A stretch of 63,966 nt of DNA, counting the filler, from Reticulomyxa filosa (Eukaryota > Protista > Foraminifera), in the NCBI GenBank assembly GCA_000512085.1. It is 10 parts of 10 records of this genome, joined end to end, with 100 filler letters (N's around TTAATTAATTAA, not from the genome) between each part and the next. Parts side by side here need not be neighbours in the genome. Positions count along the whole stretch, not along the records: positions 1 to 27,789 come from ASPP01018869.1; 9 more parts are not named here. One strand, given 5' to 3'. Under the pieces are notes generated by a model. That model made no database searches. It saw only the letters and a program-made list of their open reading frames with translations, and was not told the origin of the DNA. Below are positions 1-13,878 of the stretch, one piece after another. Within the stretch, counting starts at the first letter, position 1, and the number at the start of each line of letters is the position of its first letter. Made by a program: the position numbers and the translations under genes.

Positions 1-145
1 CCAAAATGATATTTAAAAACTACACGATTCGTATATATTTTTTTTAAAAAAATTTTAATTAAATGTTGTTTTTTCATGGAAAAACACAATCATCTCTATA
101 AGGTAGCATTTTAGGTGTCAACTTTCTTTTTTATCTTACTGTATT
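1..145 (+). repeat. Dispersed AT-rich non-coding repeat, copy A
   Basis: TTAAATGTTGTTTTTTCATGGAAAAACACAATCATCTCTATAAGG..GTGTCAACTTTCTTT..TACTGTA aligns by eye with 34411-34495 and 34604-34720. Confidence 0.7.
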
Positions 146-646
146 TTATACAATAGAAATATATTAAATCTTGTTTATGATACTAATGTTGATTTAGTAC
201 TTTTACAGAATATGATGCTGATGTTATTCTGAAATATTAATATTGTTCATATATATTTGATTTAATATAAATTTCAAATATCATTTGTTAGCATTTGTTA
301 ATTAATTATTTTATTAAATTTTATTTTCAATTGTTCATGCACTATATGAGTCATTTATTAATCAATATAATTATTGTTTTTACACCGATGTATGATTTAT
401 GATCGTATTATTGTTGTGCTTTATCCTTTATTTTGAATATTTTTTTATTTTGAAGCACGATCATTTTGATTAGTTTGCCTATCGTCAATAGCATTTGGTA
501 AATATTTGTGTATTATTGGACTTGTTATGTATTAAAATAAATTTAAAGCTTTTGTTAATAATGTGCTTTCTTTTAAAAGAGTGCGCAAAATACATTCTCC
601 AAATAAACTAAATAAAAAAAGACATTAATAAACAAAAAAAAGTGTT

Positions 647-1873
647 CTAATTGGAAACAGTTTCAAGTTTCGAATTATGACATTTAGCATAAATTTGGGG
701 CAAGAACTGTGCCAAGTGATGCATTTCTTTTGCACAATGTGCAAGTAGATGAGCACCTAGAGCCTTTGGCAACGTTATTTTACGTAAGTATGGTATGTTT
801 AAAAATAAATAGACAATCCATCTCAATGGAATTGGAATATCTTGGAGAGGTTTAGTATCACCGATCCAAAAACGTGACTTCATGATGCACCCTTTGTTAT
901 CCGGCGTGCGTATAATGCAATGCACAAATGAGCCATACTCCACATTATATTTCAGAGAATCGCACGTTGCGCACACAATTTCATATTTTTCTTTATTTCG
1001 AATCTCTTCGTCTGTAAAACCAAACTTTTTTGGATCCACAAAATTAATACGGACAAATCTTGTCAATGCATTTGCACTTGCATCGTTCCGCCCCAAATAG
1101 ACATATACATTTTTGCCGTGTTTGACAGGCACTATCAAAAACATAAATCAAAACAAAACAAAAAAAATTATTGTCATTATTGCCATTGTCACTGTTTGGT
1201 TTGCACTGATCAGAATGTACAAGTCATTGTGCAAGGACGTTTCAGTCAGATATTGAAACGACAACATACTCCAAAACTATACTTTGGAGACACAAATTTT
1301 TTTTTTTGTATGTGTACAAATATGGCAATAAAAAATTCGACCTTTGGTATAGTTTTGCTCTGAACGCAATGGATTGGATTTGCACCAGGCCTTAGCGTGG
1401 TCCCCAGGAAGACACCATCTGTACCAATGATATTTTCCTTGTCCGTTGCACATATTCGCAAACCAAAAACGAAACATGTCTGGAGTCGTGTTTGGAAAAA
1501 AGGTGTCACAGTGCACATGCAATATCTCATGCTTATCAAAACCGTAGCCATACGAAAAATCAAAATATTCAGATTGTTTGCTCAATAGTCGAAACCGAGC
1601 TTGAGCAAGGTTGTACAGCTGATAAGATGAAACTGGCCGGTTTAAACCGACAAAAAACGGAACGTGGTTCAACAATTTGTCAAAATGTTCTTTATCTACA
1701 TTGGGTAACCATGTTCCTATGCAAACGTCAGGAATATTTTCTTCGTCGTCGCTTAGTTCTGGGCTTGAATTCAACGAAGTCAAAATAAAAAAGCTCACTT
1801 GGTATATAAGCAAGGACGCAAGGCATAACGACAAAAGAAACAGGACCGATATATGGTCATAGTCTCCTTGCAT
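647..1873 (-). CDS. DAPG hydrolase (PhlG)/phloretin hydrolase-like protein with N-terminal hydrophobic anchor; 2 exons (1873-1342, 1131-647)
   Basis: Motifs TPDMFRFWF, YRWCLPGDH, MKSRFWIG and C-terminal HCAKEMHHLAQFLPQIY match the PhlG family. A single GT..AG intron (1341-1132) joins the two ORFs in frame (NYTK-V-PVKHG). Confidence 0.75.
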
Positions 1874-2129
1874 GGTTTTAAAAATAAGCAAAACAGAAAA
1901 TAAAAATGTTTTGACTTATGACTTTGCTGGCGTAAACTCAGAAAAGTTATATTAAAAAAAAAGTAAGCAAATATAACCTGACCATGCACATTTTTTTAAA
2001 ACTTGCTCTACAAGATAGAGCCAAAAAATTTCACGTAAACAAAGCAATCTAAATTTACCAGAGTAGTTGGGAAACAGTCTCTTTAAAAAAAAATTGAAGG
2101 AGCTAAACTTTTGACATATTTCATCAGTG

Positions 2130-3791
2130 ATGGCAATGAATTTCTCTCGATTTGGATCAGAATCTGCTGTAAATATGGCAATGTTCCCATTGCAATATGA
2201 CGGACATTCAACTTATAACTACTATCAATACGACGACAAATTATTGTTTATTCCGTTTCAAGTTGAAGTGGCACTGTCTTCCCAAACTACTCCATAAAGG
2301 CAAAAAGAAAGGAAAAAACAAACAAACAATAAAAAAACAAAAAAGAAATATGCGCATGAGAATAAAAAAAAATTTATCGAGAAAGACAAGCATATAAACG
2401 GGAAGATGGGGAGTTTGGTGTTGTTTATTGAGGGGTGTGAACGTAACCTGCCGTCGTTTGTGGCAATAGTATTCCACGGAAATGGAGTGGACTTGGGTAC
2501 AGCAGCGATGATGTACCGAGACTTGACAAGATCACTTGCGGTGCATATCCTAATAGTAGAATATCCAGGATATGGTTTGTTGAAAGGTCACTGTAATGCG
2601 CAAGCAGCTATTGATCACAGTGAAAACGTATACGACTTTGTGACAAAGGAATTAAAAGTAAAACCGGAGCAAATCGTTATTATAGGCCAAAGCATTGGTA
2701 GCGGAGTAACCTGTCATTTGGCTCGGCGTCCAAACTTTATGACCGTGCTGATCAGTCCTTTCACGAGCATACAAGCACTGGGCAAAGAAAAATACCCTTT
2801 GCGTTTTGGCAAAGGTTTTTTTGAAAAAGTGTTGCAAGATTTGGATAAAATCAATCAAAGGAAGTCAATATACACAACACCATCTGAAGAAATTGAAGAT
2901 GAGGACAAATTAAATGAGAATGAAGAGAATGGGGATATCTCTGGCAATAATCCTGCTTCAAGCAATATAAAAAATGCCTCCCAAAAAAATGGAGTCGCTA
3001 TAACATCTACGGAAAATATAGATGTTTTGGACTTTAAACTCCTCCCGCTCCAGCCCCAAGTTTCCGACAGCCGCGAAAGAGAGTCAGAGGAGGACGAAAA
3101 GCAAAATTTCCGCAAAAAAGAGAGTGGCTCCATGGCGAGTCAGGCCAAATCACAACAAGCTGCACACACCACAAGTGGCTCTATCTTTGCTTTGTCAACA
3201 GCAAACCGGCCCAACCAAGAAGAAGACAATCTCGATGCCAATGCCAATGACGACCATTCCCGATCGAAAGTATCGAAATCAAAAAAGTCGAGTAAATCCA
3301 ATTCGATTCGCATTTTCAACAATTTGTCCTGCGTCAAACATATGCAATGCTCCAATATTATGTTGTTCCATGGCAAAGATGACGATCTAATTCCTCCTTC
3401 ACACTCGGAGATGTTATATAAAGAGATCGAAAGCAGACGGCAATCTACACCTGGTTTGTGGCTCTAAAAAAAGATTGTTTTGTTTTTTTTTAAAAAAAAA
3501 ACATGAATTCTTCTCATTTTGCACCTTGCGCCTTGCGCTTTGCACCTTGCAATTAAAACAGACGACAAGTATTTGAAAAAAGCTAGATTATTTTTACTCA
3601 ACAATCGCAATCACAGTAATATCATAATCACACAAGATGTTGCCATCAAGGTTTTTCGAGAATTAAAATCGAAAAATGGAACTCTGCCAGATCTTCGACA
3701 AATGGATGATAAAATCAAAAACTTGTGTATCAATCCCAAACCTGACCGACCTTTGTACAGTGTCAAAAAATTGGTTGGGACGATAAAATAA
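2130..3791 (+). CDS. Alpha/beta hydrolase, ABHD17/ABHD13-like; 3 exons (2130-2261, 2391-3453, 3562-3791)
   Basis: HGNGVDLG, EYPGYG, nucleophile GQSIG, HGKDDDLIP (Asp) and NRNHSNI (His). In-frame GT..AG introns 2262-2390 and 3454-3561. Confidence 0.85.
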
Positions 3792-4961
3792 AAATTAAAA
3801 AAAAAAAGAGGCAATACAGAAATTAGAAATTGAAACAACATTAACAAAAAATAATATTGACAAAATTGCTGGCATTACTTAATCTCTTTTTGAATTCAGC
3901 GTTATTTTTTTTTTTTTTAACAACTAATACGCAAAATAATATCAACTTTTTTTTTCAATTGTTCGAAACGGGTGAAAAAAATTGTGAAGAGTGTGTGCGT
4001 GGAGATTGTGTCATTACAAAATCATTTTTATACAAGTGTGCTTTATATTTGAAAATGGTCGCAATCGTCAACGGTTAATAACACTTGTGATACAGAAGAT
4101 CCAAGTCAATTATTCTCTCGTATATTTCAGTCATTTTTCTCCGTATACACCGATTTATATGATTCGTACTTTTAATTTATTTTATCTCTTTCTTTCAGTC
4201 AATTGTGTTTGGAAATTAATTGCGTATAGTAATGACTTATATCTCCTTTCAAAAAAATTGTTAATTATATCATATCATCAGTAAGCAACAAATCAAAACA
4301 AAAGCTACTCAATGTATAAAATGCACGTGCATCTAGGATGTCACAAAAACATGAAAACATTGCAAAATATCAACAGTTACTGATTTTCGGTAGAAGTTGG
4401 AAATACAAGCAAGACTCTCCAGAAAGCTAAATAGGAAAAAAAACACTACTTCATGTATAGTTGCATCAAATGAGACAATTTTAAACAAACAATCGCTATT
4501 GAATAATTTGTCATAGCGTCAAGTTGCACAATATTAAAATTTTTAAATTTTTTTCACTAAGTTTCATTCAAAATTTGATTTTCCATGTTTTGAAAGTGAA
4601 AAGGTCATACAATTGTGTATGTCATTACATTACCCATTCAGCATAATAATACATTTATTTAAAAATACTTTATTCTTTTCGATAATTTTATCATTGTAGT
4701 ATTTATTAAATGATGTTCATTCATCACAATTTTTAAATTTTTAGTTAAAATTGAATATCTGCCAATGGAAAGAAAAACAGAAATCAGAGCGAGAATTTAA
4801 TACATACATCATTGGTAGATTGTAAAAAGACGTTCTCAAAGACAAATCTGTGTTTTTTGTAGTTCTGTGAGCCAGTTCAAACTGGTTTGAATTCCGTTTT
4901 TCGTTCAATAACAAAGAAATTTTGAAACTGTAAGAACCAATTCATCTGCCGAAAAAAAAAA

Positions 4962-7267
4962 ATGAAATCTGGCTCTGATATTCCTCAAGCAAATAGCGAT
5001 ATTTTATGCAGTGTTGTATACAAGCAGCGTTCGGATTTGTTCCATTTCTGCGTTCGTAGTTCCTTGTGTGCGTGGACAGGATTTGTTTGTTTTGGACAAC
5101 TAAAAAGCAATCAAGACGAGGGAGAATTCCTGCAATGCGCCTGTGTGTACGTGCTGACTACGTTGCTTGCAATCTATTGTATTATATTTTCTCCAACAGT
5201 TCGTTTGAGAGACGAGGTGGCGCCTGTCATTGCGCTGCATATGGCGCACTTGTCATCCTTAGACAAGGCGGTCTTGTTGTTAGTGATACCAAGTAGCATC
5301 AGCCCTTTGGTTGTATGGTTACATTCGAATTTGCTAGTACAAGTGTGTATCGCAGTTGTGAAATACTTTTTACTGTATGGACTAATGATAGTCTTTGTCA
5401 ACATTGCCTCTCCACGTATTCGATTGAACACAGACGCACAACCAAAGAATCTGAGAATACCAGGTGAATAAGTTTGCAAGGGGAAAAAAAAAGGGGTTTA
5501 AAAAAAAAGTTTTTTTTGTATGGGGAGGGGTTGCATTTTTTGTAATGCGCACAAGATTTTAAAATAGGTACGTGGGGGTTTGGGGGGCCGAAAAAAAAAA
5601 AAAATTGGAACGTATACGTCGAGGTTGGGTGTAGAATATTATTTGGAAAAAGATTCTCCCAGTGACAAGGTATTGGATCAACTGTTGAAAACAGGCGATC
5701 TCATTGCAGATGAAGCTTATGAAGAGTTGTTACCTTTGTTGAACCCGACCTGCGACTCGGACGTGAATGTAGAAGCAGAAACCAAAACAGGTGCGAACAC
5801 AGACATGAAGACAGACACAAGCAGCAAAGGTTGTCCGTTTATGAAGGGGCTTTCTGGTGGCCACGATGCCAACGCCTCGAAGAGGGACCCAGTGGATGTG
5901 CTGCTGGAAACAGTAGACCTGTATGCCAAAGATAAGAATAAATACTTGAAACTGAAGCAATTAGTGGCGGACGCGTCCACAATTCCGTCATGGGTGGATT
6001 GGAAGAAAATTGAAACTGGACAAAAGTTTCATGGTGGTGGCTTTGTCGCCATTGCGTACATTTTGGGCATATTCACTTTAGGTATATTTGTTTATACATA
6101 ACACACACTATCATTACTTACATTGCATGTATGTACAAACTTTTTTTTGAAAAAGGGGGTTTTTTTGCCCCCCTTTTTGCAAAGTAACGTTTTGTATGTA
6201 TACATGTTGTATACGTTTTTTTTATTATCTTGTTTTAAAAATAATGATTTATGTGGATCAAAGTCGGAGGATTTGGTTGTCCGGAAATAAATGAAGTATT
6301 AATAACCTCACGCTATTGGGCCTCGTCAAATGGGATGAAAGTGGTCCGCAACACGATCTCGCGATTGCAAGAGACTTGTGTGTGGATGATTCAATCTTCC
6401 AAGATGTCGAGTGTTTACACCCGAGAAACAATGGATGGAAAAGTATTTTGCGAGTGAGACTGTTACACGCAGGTGTTCGTCATCGCCTTACTCACAAAAA
6501 ACAACAGTCTTCAGTTGGGACAAATGCTGACGATGCCAATCATCAAGCGATAATCAATCAATGCCATTTGATTGCCACGTTGCTGGGGTTCCAGTTTAAT
6601 CCTTTAATCAACTTGCTCACTGTTTTTGGCTTACCCATTACTTTCGAAGAAGCACAGTGCTACACGCATCTATGGAGATATGTTGGACATGTCTTAGGAA
6701 TCAAATATCCATCGGGTGTTAGAGATGCATTGTCCGACTTTGATACGTCACGTGCTTGGATGGTCAAAATTTACGACAAATTGATTGCCCCGAACGATAG
6801 CAGTAAACTTTTGGCAAGTCATGTTTTGCAAGCAATTGCTTATCCACTTGAAAATGCATGGCCTGGCAAACTGATGGGCATTAATTTAAATCACTTAAAC
6901 TCTTTATTCCGGTTCAATCTTTTTTTTTTTTTCCCCTCCCAAGGTTACAGTTTTATTCTTTTTAAACAGGGCGTTTTTGGCTGAAAAGTATGCAGACGAG
7001 ATTGGAATTGGAACACAATTGCGATCTAATTGGTGGATGGAACTCCAAGTTCGTACTATCATCGCCACTTTTCGCTTGGGTCATGTTTACAGCTATCTAT
7101 TTGGTTTAAAAAAGGTAAACAACTGGCTAGGGCTTCACATGTTTCGCTCGTATGCGACGTGGATGGTCAAGTCGCGATTCAGCAAGCGTGAATGCCGTTT
7201 CGCTAGGTATCTTGACATCCGTAATAACATTACGTTGCCAAAATTCTTGGATTACGTCATGTTTTAA
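4962..7267 (+). CDS. ER-bound oxygenase MpaB / latex-clearing protein (Lcp, DUF2236) family, N-terminal TM region; multi-exon, 1-nt frameshift near 6393
   Basis: TGDLIAD, PSWVDWKKIETGQKF, RLQET, GWKSILRVRLLHAGVR (heme His motif), INQCHLIATLLGF, HLWRYVGHVLGI. The exact exon 1/2 junction is unresolved. Confidence 0.8.
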
Positions 7268-8329
7268 GATATAATGTCTGGTGTTACAAAATGATTGTAT
7301 CTTAGTTGTGTTGGGACATAGAAAAATTTTCTTTTTTTTTTTCCCTCTGTTCAGTAAAAATCACACATAAGAAAGTTGTCAAATAATTGCCTCTTTGAAC
7401 AAATTCTTTTTCACAAGATATTATCTCTGCAGTAAATACAAAATATTGACGCATTGAAAAATTTTGTTTTAAGTGGTACATAGAGTTGTTAAAAAAAGAA
7501 TTTGCAATTTCAATCAACTTTTCATTGCCACAAATACCAACATTTTCCTTATTTTATATATTCGTTCTACAGTTTGGACGAATTATTGCAATTTGACGTT
7601 CCTTCGATTCAATTCATTAATTGTAACAAACAAAAAACAGTTAAAAATAAGGAACATTTCAACGAAAAGGAATTTTTGTATATTTTCATAAAAGTGAACA
7701 AAATAAATGATAAAAATAAAAAATAGCTGAAAAAGTTATTTATTGAATTTATTTTTCAATTGAATATTTGTTGGTTATGATACAAACTTGCTATTCAATA
7801 GGACAAAGACAAAGTAATTATTGCAAATTAGTTTTCTCGTTCCAAAAATATCGTAGTATTGCAATTAATACAAATAATCGTTGGTGATTAATATAAGTGG
7901 TACACAAAATTTTTCAAAGAAGAAAATCTAAAATGTAGGATTAATTTATAATAAAAAATAAAAAAATATCACATACACAAAACAGTAAACAAAAAACCAG
8001 CAAATTGTAAATAATTAAATAAAATTGCACAAAAGCAAAATATTTCAAATAACTCATCATAAAAAAAAACAACAATGAAAAATACACAAAAAATATACAA
8101 ATAAAATCATTTAAAACATAAAATTAAGCACTGCATCATTTAATAAAGAAAAACAAAAAACAAAAATTTAAAAAAGAAAAAAATGGAAAAAAGGGAAAAA
8201 ATATTACTTTTTCTTTTTTGTCTTTTTTTCTTTTTTTAACCACTAAGCATATTTCCAACAAGCTAATCTTTAGGATATTTTGCACGATACATATATCGCA
8301 AGTATTTGAAAAACACAATGAGTCCCACT

Positions 8330-10170
8330 TTGTAACTTGTTTGAAATATTAACGCGAGAGCATTCTTTGTTTCTTCGGAATACAGAACCGATTGGTTCGG
8401 AGACAAGGCGTTAAATACACCTGAATAATCCCCAATAGTGGCGAGGCAAAGGCAACGTTCGTTATTTGATGCTGTACTTCTTGGTATTTATTTGTTTCTA
8501 TTGTGTATTTGACTGGGATGATCTAGAAACTCGTTCTATAATTGTTTGTATGCTTGTTTCCATAATTTGATTCGCTGTATTATAGTGTTAGTAATGGAGT
8601 TTGTGTGTTGTTTTCCTCACTCCTTGGATGCCACGACTCTAACGAACATTTGTTGTAGTAAAATTAATTTAGCAGTATCCGCAAATGTAATAATGTTATC
8701 TGTAGTAATAGCATATTGGGAACTTCTAGAAATAGTTAATAATATTGACATATATGAATCTGGATTGATATACATTTGTAATGTTTTGGCAATTGTGTTT
8801 TTTAGTATGAAATTTGAACGAATTGCGAAGATCATTTAGCAAATCATTCAAATGATTTGTTGTATATCATCTGCTTCCGTTTTATGTATTTAGTTTGAAA
8901 TAAAGTCACGTGATGTTTTAATCAATCATCTCATTGTTCAATATTGTTGCAGCTGCAATAAAGGTAATTGAATGATTATTGGACCGCCTTGATTAAAATT
9001 GTTATCAATATGTGTAATTGTTATTATTGCATGACCACGTGATGAATTGTGATTACCTTTTGATTCTGATTTGTGATATGTTTTGTATATGTCTTGCATT
9101 ATTTGATGAATGATTACGTTTTCGTTAATTGGGACTTGTGTAGTTAAGTTGACGTTACATATTGTTTTCCCTTTTTTATCGTATCTTGTTTCTGCTTGAA
9201 TATTTTGATTCAACAGTATATCTTAAAATTTTATGTCTGTTGTTGATTTGCCATATATTTCTAATACTGATATTGACATTGATACTTTGTCTAAATCAAA
9301 CCTGAGTAACAACTCTTGGTTGCAAATGGAATTATTGCGGTCGAATCGTCATTTTTATTTTGGCCGTTTTGTGACGCTCCAATTAATGAATAGGTTTTTC
9401 CTTTGACTGCTTGACTGCATATGATTAAAGTCTTATTATAACATCGATTGACTTGTGAATGATCGATAAAGTGATTGTTTCGCTAATCGTTTTATTTATT
9501 GCATCAATATTGAACACATTTTCAAACGTATAAATATTCACACACTTATTAGAAAATTCTAACGAAGTCGTCAATGTATTGTTATCAATTTTTACATTTT
9601 TTTTCTGTCAAAAATTTTATTCTATTTTATACTGTAATATGTTTTAATTTTAGCCTTTGATTCAATTGTGAAATTTTTTGAATAATTTATATTGTGTTGA
9701 TTATTTTGTTTTATTATAATACGTATATTGTTTGTGTTGCTTGTAAGCGAGTACATTATTGTGTTTATTATTTATATCGACATGTTGTGTAGTTATATCT
9801 ACATTCGAAATGATATTTTGCAAACTATTTTGTCTTGTACCACGATCACATAATTCTTTAGAATTTGAAAATTTCGATACGTCATTTACTTCTTTATTCG
9901 TACTAGTACGCCCTGAAAGAGGTAACACATCACGATTATGCAGTGCGTTGTCAAAAGTGGTGTTACGATGTTTGATCTATGTTTACAATGATGATTAACA
10001 AGAAGTGTTTGTGATGGTTGTGGCCATTCTGGCCACGATGGCAGCAACACATTTGTCTAGTCTCTCCGAACGAGTTTGGAAGTCTTTTGAGGTAACGGAA
10101 GGCTTGAGGATTGCGGTACTAGGTACTGCCAACTGGTGAGGAGCGTCACTTTACTTAAAATTTTTATTGA
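8330..10170 (-). pseudogene. Decayed, apparently intronless kinesin motor-domain pseudogene
   Basis: Motifs in correct order on minus strand: YTFENVF (~9510-9532), degenerate P-loop SQAVKGKTYSLIG (~9376-9420), SVLEIYG (~9250-9270), switch I NHNSSRGHAI (~9025-9055), LSP..EETKNAL (~8355-8410). Interrupted by stops and frameshifts. The 5' boundary is approximate. Confidence 0.8.
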
Positions 10171-11044
10171 ATGAAGAACTGCACAGTGGAGAAATTCATT
10201 ACCGCTTTTAACTATAAGACAGTTATGCGCAAACACAACACTTTCAAAAGCTCGTGTAAAAATTTTTACTAAAATTTTAGCAAAAATTTCGCTTTTTTAG
10301 ATTAGTTACAAGAACTTGTGTCTTTTAATATTTCTTGAAAGAAGGTAAAATGTGTTGTGTATGCTTCCTATTTCGGTTTTGTTTCGTTTGTGTTTATGAA
10401 AAGTGGTAAACTGGTTTCGTTTTCTGTTTTTGGTTTTTCATTTCGCGCGGCATATGCTCTTACTTTAAAGCAACATCTCATGGAAGCTTTCTTACATTTT
10501 GAAGTACTTGATATATTGCAGATATTTTATTCAATATTGATCTTTATAAAATTTGACTTTTTTTAAATGTAGAAAAAAGTACGAATACCCTTTTGTTTTA
10601 CCAATAATCTACGCAAATAAAAATATTTCAAAGATTTTCCAAATCTCTGGATAATCATGCGTGATGGCAACTCCATCAAAAAATGTTTAAGTTTCATACA
10701 CATATTATACCGCTGGTATAGCCACAAATATATAAATTTAAGCCAGTAAATTTTTGAGGAAAGAGTATTTTTGTTCAATATGAGAAAACTTTTGAACAAT
10801 CAGTATATCCGGTATCGTCACGAAAAACAAAAACGACAAACAAAAAAAAACGTGTTGTCGACAAAGACTGCGAATTGTCTCAATATAATTATTTATGGAT
10901 TTTTGGAGGCAAAAGATTGTGTCAAATAACACAAAAACACAAACTCAGCTTTCATCACAAACAAAAACGATGGTCAAAATGGAGATCAAAGCAAAAACTC
11001 CAGACAAAATAATATAATACTCTACAGGAAAAAAAAAAAAAAAA

Positions 11045-12552
11045 TTACTTCAAGTTTGCATTGGGAAGCAGTATTTGTCTGCATCCTAACTCATACTCTT
11101 CTTCTGTCCATCCAATGTGATTTAAAATGCGTCCTCTTTCACTTATAGAAATTTTGTGAGCTTGTCGATATTCTTCCAAAGATTTTCTATTTGCACTGGT
11201 CAAAGTTCCATCGCCCGTGGCTATTTTAAGCATAGCTTGATAAGTTTGAATATCTTTGCAATGGCTTTGTTGGAGAAGCTTGGATTTGTAATCTCCTCCC
11301 ATGACGCCAATTGCTGCATGAATAAATCGCGAGTTTTTGCTAATTAGCTGTATATAACAACACACCACATGTAAGCATGCTCAAAGACAAAGCAATAGAA
11401 AAAAAAAAAAAAAAAAAAAAAGCGTTGTTGAGTGGATTGGTTTTTGGACTGAACATTGTGTAAAGCTTTGGTGTCCCAAGTAATGCATTTGGTAGGTTCA
11501 ACCACTTTTGCAGTGTAATGACAAGTCCCAACATTGTCGCTGAGCTTCTTGAAATGCGTACGTTGATGCAGCTCTTGCCTCGATACTTTGGAGCTATCTG
11601 TTATAGTGGAATCCTTTGTTGTCTCTACTTGGGATTCAGAAGTTGAAGATGGAGATGGAGATGGGGATTGAATTTGAGTTTGAGATTGAGATTGAGATTG
11701 AGATTGAGATTGAGATTGAGATTGAGATTGAGGTAGAGAAGAAGCTTCATTTGAAGAAGGCTGTGAGGATGACTCTACATTGACTACATTTGCCTTTTCC
11801 TTTCAAACAAGTCGCCAATGAACCCACTAACAATTTGATAAGAGGAATGGTCGGAGCATTCAATCTCCACGTTTCCATTGATCACGTAATACACTTTCTG
11901 ATTGGGTGCGCCTTCGACGGACAGCACAGTTCCTTTTGATCACCAGTTTTGTAGTGTCCCGTTTCCCCCTCGCCTTTTACTTTATCCCATTTCATTTCAT
12001 TTATTAACACGTTAAAAGGACATTATATATACATATACGTATATGTATATGTATATGTATACACATATAAGAAAGAGAGAAAAGATATTGGAGATGATGG
12101 AGAAAAAAAACCTGGTTGAAACTCTTCTTCTTTTGCAATGCTAATTAATTGTCTAAATTGTATAGGCGTGATGCCAAACCCAGCAAAAGACTTGGCATAA
12201 ATCTGCTGTTCAATTTCGGACATGTTGATTTGTCTGCGTTCCATTAGCAAGCGAAAGATCATCAGTCCGTGGCCACACATGAAAAAGAGCGACCAAAGTG
12301 ACGGCACCCACATGGGCGGGGTTTGCAACTGATAAAAGGCCAACACGCAAGCGTTGGCCATCATCGAAAAGAAACGCAATTGGATTATTTCCTGCATTGT
12401 CATTGATACAATTGCAATTAGATTACCTTTTTTTTTTTGTTGGTTGGCATTGCTCTCACTCAATCAAAAAATATATATATATATGTATGTATACATATAT
12501 AGTTATGTATACATGTACATGCACATATATGCACATATATGCATATATAAAC

Positions 12553-12586
<34 letters not shown>

Positions 12587-13043
12587 GCTCATTAAAATGA
12601 CAAACCCAAATGTAGCCAATAATTTGCGGGAAAGTGTCTTCGCAAGAAAGCCTTGATTCTTTCGAATGTGGTTTGTTTTTTTTGCTGCTTATCTCCATGT
12701 TGTTCATCAGCCGAAGAAGAGCTGGTCTGTTCCTCGCCTTGCTGCTGTTGCTGTTGCTGTGCTTGTTGTTGTTGTTGTTGTTGCTGCTGTTGTTGCTCGG
12801 CTTCTGTTGGAGCAGCTGCATCTTCTTCTTCATCCTTTTCAAAGGCAGGCTTACTGGGCAGCTTTTGCAAGATCTCTGCTAACGTCTTGCTGCCGGGGTA
12901 CTTTAGCAGTAACTCTTGCTTCTTCGACTCCAAGTCCTGGATCATTGCTTTGATCTTTTCCATTTCTTTCTCTCTTTCCCGCACTTTCTCTTTTTCTTTT
13001 TCGGCTTCCACCAAGTCAAATATTGCAAACACATTTTCATTCG

Positions 13044-13081
<38 letters not shown>

Positions 13082-13846
13082 GCTGTTGCTGCCGCTGGTG
13101 TTGCTGCTGGTGTTGTCGTTGTGGGTGTCGCTGCAGCTGCTGTCGACGTTGTTGCTCCTGCTGCTGCAGTTGGTGTTGACGTCGATGTCGATGTTGGTAC
13201 TTCTTTTTCCTTATCTTTCGATTGTGAGGGTGGCACCCCTGCAATTGGCGACGTCGTGTCCACTTTGACCTTTTCGGCCTCCTTTGTCTTTTTTTCGGCT
13301 TCGACCTTGCCTTTAGGCTGTTCTGTCGGTGTCACGGTGCTTGTCGTTGGCCCCTCTTTCTGTGGCACTTGTTGCGTTTGTGTGGGTGTCTGCGTTTGTG
13401 TTTGTGTTTGTGTTTGTGTTTGTGTTTGTGTTTGTGTTTGTGATTGTACTTGTACTTGTGCTTGTGCTTGTGGTTGTACTTGTGCTTGTGGTTGTATTTG
13501 TGCTTGTGTTTGTGCTTGTTGTGGTCTTTGTTGCTCTGCTTCTTTCTCTTTTTCTTTTTTTTCTTTTTCCTTTTCCTTTTCCTGTTGAATGGCATACATT
13601 ACTTCCAAGTCGGTACTGACGCCCGGCTTGAATGTGAATGTAATGTGCGGTTCGCTGGGTTTAGTGTCTTCTTTGTTGGCGATGGTATCTGCAGTTGGAT
13701 TTGTATTTGTTGTTGTTGTTGATGTTGTTGATGTTGTTGATGTTGTCGGTGTTGTTGATGTTGTTGTCGTATTTGTTGTATTTGCATTTGCATTTGCATT
13801 TGCATTTGTTGTTGTCGTTGTGGATGCCCCCGCTTCTGCAGGTATC

Positions 13847-13878
<32 letters not shown>

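Noticed and set aside
3518-3550. Heptamer repeat (TTGCRCC) array
   Set aside because: Short intronic simple repeat without further structure.
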